Below, piece after piece: positions 28,165 to 32,000 of a stretch of DNA of 32,000 nt. Origin of the DNA: Aliivibrio fischeri ES114 (lineage in GTDB: Bacteria > Pseudomonadota > Gammaproteobacteria > Enterobacterales > Vibrionaceae); the NCBI RefSeq assembly GCF_000011805.1, contig NC_006841.2, one strand, 5' to 3'. The notes beneath the pieces are model-generated. The model was not told the DNA's origin and made no database searches. It saw only the letters and a list, made by a program, of their open reading frames with translations. The position numbers and the translations under genes were made by a program. Each line of letters starts with the position of its first letter. Positions within the stretch are counted from its first letter, which is position 1.

Positions 28165-28362
28165 ATGGAAAGAATCACTCTTATATGTAATTCAATGCAA
28201 TCATTTATGGACCTTTGTGAAAATAATTTAGTTACCTCATGTTTTGTTCATTGTACTTTTATCGTCGAGTTAAGTGATTTTAAATGGATGGAAAAACGGT
28301 TAAAAGATAAAAGCGGTAATGGTTTGTCTGTGACCAAATTAGTCAAAGATGGCTACTTCTAA
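28165..28362 (+). CDS. Small hypothetical protein (65 aa)
   Basis: ORF track 28060..28362; ATG 28165 is preceded by AAGGA (28153-28157). MERITLICNSMQSFMDLCENN... Confidence 0.5.
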   Translation: MERITLICNSMQSFMDLCENNLVTSCFVHCTFIVELSDFKWMEKRLKDKSGNGLSVTKLVKDGYF

Positions 28363-28450
28363 AAGGTAAATTTACATACTAGCGAAGAAATACTTGGAAA
28401 CTTATTTGATAGGAGTAATATCAAGCAACCATTAACAGTGAGATCTCAAA

Positions 28451-29539
28451 ATGAAAATAAAAATTCTCTCTATGCTTGTTGCTTCTTGTGTTGCCTATTC
28501 AGCCAGTGCTTGTACCGGTATTTCTCTTTCAACGACTGAGCACGATTATATTCAAGCGAGGACGATTGAGTGGGGACAAAATGATCTTAACAGTAAGCTT
28601 ATTATTTCTCCGCGTAATCATGCTTACGTTTCAACGATGCCAGATCAAAAAAAGGGATTAAAATGGAATTCTAAATATGGATTTGTCGGTATTTCAGTCA
28701 GTGATGACCGATTTATTGCAGATGGCGTTAACGAAGAAGGATTAACCGCTGGACTGTTTTATTTTAAGAATTACGGCTCGCTAGAGAAGTATGACCCAAG
28801 TGATACGACAAGAACCATTACAGATATGGATTTTAACCGTTGGATTTTATCGCAATTTAAAACGGTAGATGAAGTAGAGCAAGCGATTAATAAAATTAAA
28901 ATTGTTCCAGTATATATTGATGCGAAAGGTAATCCATCACCGACGGCACATTGGCGAGTTGCAGATAAACAAGGGAATAATATCGTAATTGAAATAATGA
29001 ACAACGGTGAGGTTAATATTCATAAGAATACGGCGAAGGTATTAACCAATGCTCCTGACTACCAATGGCAAGTGACTAATCTTAATAATTATATTCATTT
29101 GTCTCCAGGCTCAAGCCAAGGGCAGAAAATCAATGAGGTAAATGCCTTTTCATTTGGTGTCGGTTCAAGTTTCTTAGGTCTTCCTGGGGATATTACGCCT
29201 CCATCTCGATTTGTGCGAGCTGCATTTTATGTGAATTCAGCACCTGTTATGAAAACAGAAGAGCAAGCGGTATCACAAGCATTCCATATTTTGAATAACT
29301 TTGATATTCCAATTGGTAGTGAGTTTAGTGCTAAAGAGCATATTCCTGATTTACCTAGCGCAACTCAGTGGACCTCGGTAATTGATCAAACTAATGGTGC
29401 ATTTTTTTATAAAACAATGCGAGATAGTACGATTAAGAAAGTAGATTTAACTAAAATAGATTTTAATCAAAAAGAAGAGGTGAAACGCCCACTCGATTCA
29501 GGGCGTTTTCATGTGATTGATGTGACTGGTGGATTGTAA
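28451..29539 (+). CDS. Secreted choloylglycine hydrolase / penicillin V acylase-family Ntn hydrolase
   Basis: Signal peptide ending at '...VAYSASA|CTGISLS' with Cys nucleophile, 'ARTIEWG', 'ADGVNEEGLTAGLFYF', 'HWRVADKQGNNIVIEI'. Confidence 0.9.
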   Translation: MKIKILSMLVASCVAYSASACTGISLSTTEHDYIQARTIEWGQNDLNSKLIISPRNHAYVSTMPDQKKGLKWNSKYGFVGISVSDDRFIADGVNEEGLTAGLFYFKNYGSLEKYDPSDTTRTITDMDFNRWILSQFKTVDEVEQAINKIKIVPVYIDAKGNPSPTAHWRVADKQGNNIVIEIMNNGEVNIHKNTAKVLTNAPDYQWQVTNLNNYIHLSPGSSQGQKINEVNAFSFGVGSSFLGLPGDITPPSRFVRAAFYVNSAPVMKTEEQAVSQAFHILNNFDIPIGSEFSAKEHIPDLPSATQWTSVIDQTNGAFFYKTMRDSTIKKVDLTKIDFNQKEEVKRPLDSGRFHVIDVTGGL

Positions 29540-29550
29540 TTTATTAAATA

Positions 29551-29583
29551 AAAATAAGCTTCATGCTGGGTGAAGCTTATTTT
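29551..29583 (+). terminator. Terminator hairpin between convergent genes, likely bidirectional
   Basis: AAAATAAGCTTCA-TGCTGGG-TGAAGCTTATTTT; overlaps the 3' end and stop codon of the minus-strand gene (29561). Confidence 0.9.
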
Positions 29584-31267
29584 TCTTCGACTTCTTGCGT
29601 TTCCGCTTGTTAATGTACATCGCTTTATCAGCTTGCTCTAACGCACTTTTTACGTCGTGTTCTATTGAAGAGACACCAAAAGAGAAGGATAAATCTAGAC
29701 CTTTTTGTTGAAAATGTTCTTCAAAACTCGTTCGTATAGCGGCTAATTTTTTATTTATGTTTGTTGTGGAGGTTGAATCAAAGCATAAAATAAACTCATC
29801 TCCACCAAAACGAATTAATAAATCTTCTTTTCTTAAGTATTTATTAATTAAACGTGCACCTTCTTTGAGTTGTAGATCACCACACTGATGTCCGAACTCG
29901 TCATTAATGCTTTTAAAACCGTCCAAATCAATAAACGCCATGGTGTTATACAAATTTGTGTCTATGTGATTTAACTTTATCTTTGTAAAACAGCCTGTTA
30001 ATGGGTCTATCGCAGCATTTCCTTCTTGATCATCTTCATAGACGAAAGTCATAATGAAAGTTTTATCAAAATATTTAATTTTCTGTCTATAAGTATGAAA
30101 GTGTTGTGTGCAACTTCCTACTTCTACCGTCTCATTGGAAATCAGAATATCTGAGCTTTTGTTTAATAATTGTTGGTCAAGTTGCAAGCAGGTCTGATAG
30201 TCAGGATATCTGGCCAACACTTCGTCAACTGGCATTCCGACTAAGCTACATCCAAGGTAGTCGATATGTTTTTGATTATTATAGATTGCCACCCCATGTT
30301 CATCTCGTAAAATGAAAAGACAATTACAATGTTTCATTAAATTTGTTGTAAAAAGAATTGATGGGCTTTTAATCCCATCAAGCAATTCTTGATACTTTAA
30401 ATTTAACGCGCTTAAATTAAAATTATTATAATCAATACCAAGTAAATTAAATGGGTCTTGACGTTTTAGGTTGCTAAGAGCGACAGTGAGTTCAGTATTA
30501 TTTCTAGCAATGTTTACATTATAAATAAAACGATCAATAGGTTCATTGTATTTATTATCACTGTTTAATGGACGATTATTTTTTTCTTTATGTCGTGAAT
30601 TAAGTTCATTTAGTTCTAACGGATACGATAAATGATAACCTTGTGATATGACAGATCCAAAAGAATTAATTAAGTTTAACTGATTTATATTTTCAATGCC
30701 TTTTATCGCTACTTTATAACCGAGAAATTTATGTAATTTATGATATAAAGAGCGTAAAAAACAAAATGACAAATAGTCATCACTAATTGTACTAATAAGA
30801 GCACGATCAATTTTTATATAATCAAAATTGAGTCCTAGTAATGGATCAGAGTGCTTGCATTCTGTTCCATAGTCATCAAGAGTAAAAAGTACGCCTAATG
30901 CCTTCAATCGTGACATATTTTGCTTTATTTTCTCTAACTCATAGACTTGGTTTTTGAAGTTAAGTTCTAGAGTAAATCCTTGATGTTGAGAAAATATTTG
31001 TTCGCAATGTTCAACAAACTCATTTGATTCCAGACTTTTTGCGAATACGTTTATCGAAATATGAATGTTTTCGTTGTTTTTTAACGTTAATTTGTCTGAT
31101 ATGACATGCGAAACAACCTCTTTATCAAAAGACGTTTTATCTTCAAGTGATTCAATGAATTCATTTGGAAGAATCGTTGAGTCTTTAAATCTAATTAATG
31201 CTTCGTAAGAAACAATAGAACCTTCAAAGAAGTTAGGCTGATAAATGAAGTATTTATTCATAATCAT
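29561..31267 (-). CDS. Cyclic-di-GMP signalling protein, domain order EAL-like - PAS-like - GGDEF
   Basis: 568 aa: EAL-like 'IVSYEALIRFKD', 'INVFAKSLE', 'TLDDYG', 'FDYIKIDR', 'QGYHLS'; C-terminal 'DPLTGCFTKIKLN...AFIDLDGFKSINDEFGHQCGDLQLKEGA...RFGGDEFILCF'. Confidence 0.92.
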   Translation of the reverse strand: MIMNKYFIYQPNFFEGSIVSYEALIRFKDSTILPNEFIESLEDKTSFDKEVVSHVISDKLTLKNNENIHISINVFAKSLESNEFVEHCEQIFSQHQGFTLELNFKNQVYELEKIKQNMSRLKALGVLFTLDDYGTECKHSDPLLGLNFDYIKIDRALISTISDDYLSFCFLRSLYHKLHKFLGYKVAIKGIENINQLNLINSFGSVISQGYHLSYPLELNELNSRHKEKNNRPLNSDNKYNEPIDRFIYNVNIARNNTELTVALSNLKRQDPFNLLGIDYNNFNLSALNLKYQELLDGIKSPSILFTTNLMKHCNCLFILRDEHGVAIYNNQKHIDYLGCSLVGMPVDEVLARYPDYQTCLQLDQQLLNKSSDILISNETVEVGSCTQHFHTYRQKIKYFDKTFIMTFVYEDDQEGNAAIDPLTGCFTKIKLNHIDTNLYNTMAFIDLDGFKSINDEFGHQCGDLQLKEGARLINKYLRKEDLLIRFGGDEFILCFDSTSTTNINKKLAAIRTSFEEHFQQKGLDLSFSFGVSSIEHDVKSALEQADKAMYINKRKRKKSKKNKLHPA

Positions 31268-31587
31268 CGTTATTATTTTACTAGAAAAATTGTCGCTAAT
31301 GTAGCACGCTTTATTTATATTGCCTTTGAATATTTATAGTACAAATCAAGACATTGATCACATTTATAAATTGATTATATATGTATCTGAGAATCCGTGA
31401 TTTATCTAGAGCATTACTATCCACCAAAAGGTGATTATGAATATAACGTTATGAATAAATTAATCTAAAATATTTTAAATTAATGCCTGTTAAGTTGTTG
31501 ATATTTTGTCATTTATCTCTTTTTTGATGTTGAGCCCCACTCCTTACTAACAATTTAGTCATGTAGAATTAACTTTTAATATTACAA

Positions 31588-31758
31588 ATGGAAATGGTTG
31601 TTGACAAAAATATGCGTATTCAAGATCTCTGTGTGAAAAAACAAACTCAAATAAAATGTGATGCATCAGTCGGTTTTCTTTTAAGCCCTGAAGAAGTTTC
31701 ATATATTGAAATGTTATTGGATGTGAAAATCATTTTTGCCAATTCTTTTTCAAATTAA
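31588..31758 (+). other. Possible small ORF (56 aa), weak evidence
   Basis: Hand translation ATG..TAA: MEMVVDKNMRIQDLCVKKQTQIKCDASVGFLLSPEEVSYIEMLLDVKIIFANSFSN. No clear Shine-Dalgarno. Confidence 0.25.
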
Positions 31759-31789
31759 ATAGACAATAAACATTAATAAAGGACAAGGT

Positions 31790-32000
31790 TTGAAGCATTT
31801 ACAACGTATTTTTATGAATCTTAAAGTTAGGTATCAAGTTCTATTACCCGTTGTGATCGCCGTATCACTTACAGCGGTGTTATCTATGGTAATAATGAGT
31901 AGCTATGATCGCTTAGAATATAACTCAATATCAATGGACCATAATTCTTCAGATAGTACTAAACTTACAGAAGCTCAAGAAAAATTGTTACATTTAAGAA
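31790..32000 (+). CDS. 5' end of membrane protein, possibly a methyl-accepting chemotaxis protein (truncated by window)
   Basis: Open frame to window end from TTG 31790 (GGACAAGG upstream) or ATG 31814: MNLKVRYQVLLPVVIAVSLTAVLSMVIMSSYDRLEYNSISMDHNSSDSTKLTEAQEKLLHLR. N-terminal TM followed by polar region. Confidence 0.5.
   Translation, partial: MKHLQRIFMNLKVRYQVLLPVVIAVSLTAVLSMVIMSSYDRLEYNSISMDHNSSDSTKLTEAQEKLLHLR

Noticed and set aside
1-32000. Mobile element, prophage, defence island, tRNA or rRNA
   Set aside because: No transposase, integrase, phage structural gene, nuclease/toxin-antitoxin pair or recognisable structural RNA was found by reading.

Overview
AT-rich, densely coding window. 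Its content is consistent with a Vibrionaceae/Aliivibrio-like chromosome, but that assignment is inference only. (1) 121-2438: small operon of an XRE-type HTH regulator, a receiver domain fused to a degenerate EAL-like domain, and a stand-alone HPt protein, closed by a strong terminator. (2) 2789-14243: complete Tad/Flp (type IVc) pilus locus, flp-tadV-rcpC-rcpA-lipoprotein-tadZ-tadA-tadB-tadC-tadD-tadE-tadF-tadG-ompA-like. The OmpA-like gene carries a perfect 20-copy AATGCT hexanucleotide tract, (Asn-Ala)20, at the signal-peptide/mature-protein junction. (3) 14364-18041: a membrane winged-helix regulator plus small membrane partner resembling TcpP/TcpH in size, order and cysteine layout, then on the minus strand a pseudo-receiver and a hybrid histidine kinase lacking HPt. 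(4) 18428-26789: glycerol regulon glpF-glpK, glpR, glpD, with a large hybrid kinase (PAS/HisKA/HATPase/REC/HPt) in between and several candidate GlpR operators. (5) 26819-31267: ToxR-like membrane regulator, a small ORF, a secreted choloylglycine hydrolase/penicillin V acylase-family enzyme, and an EAL-PAS-GGDEF protein. (6) The right edge holds the start of an unfinished membrane protein. The best candidate for something not commonly described is the regulatory module around the Tad locus (TcpPH-like pair plus a dispersed phosphorelay ending in a degenerate EAL output) together with the repeat-bearing OmpA-like protein. The individual families are known; the arrangement is what merits follow-up. 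I see no CRISPR array, transposase, phage or tRNA/rRNA.
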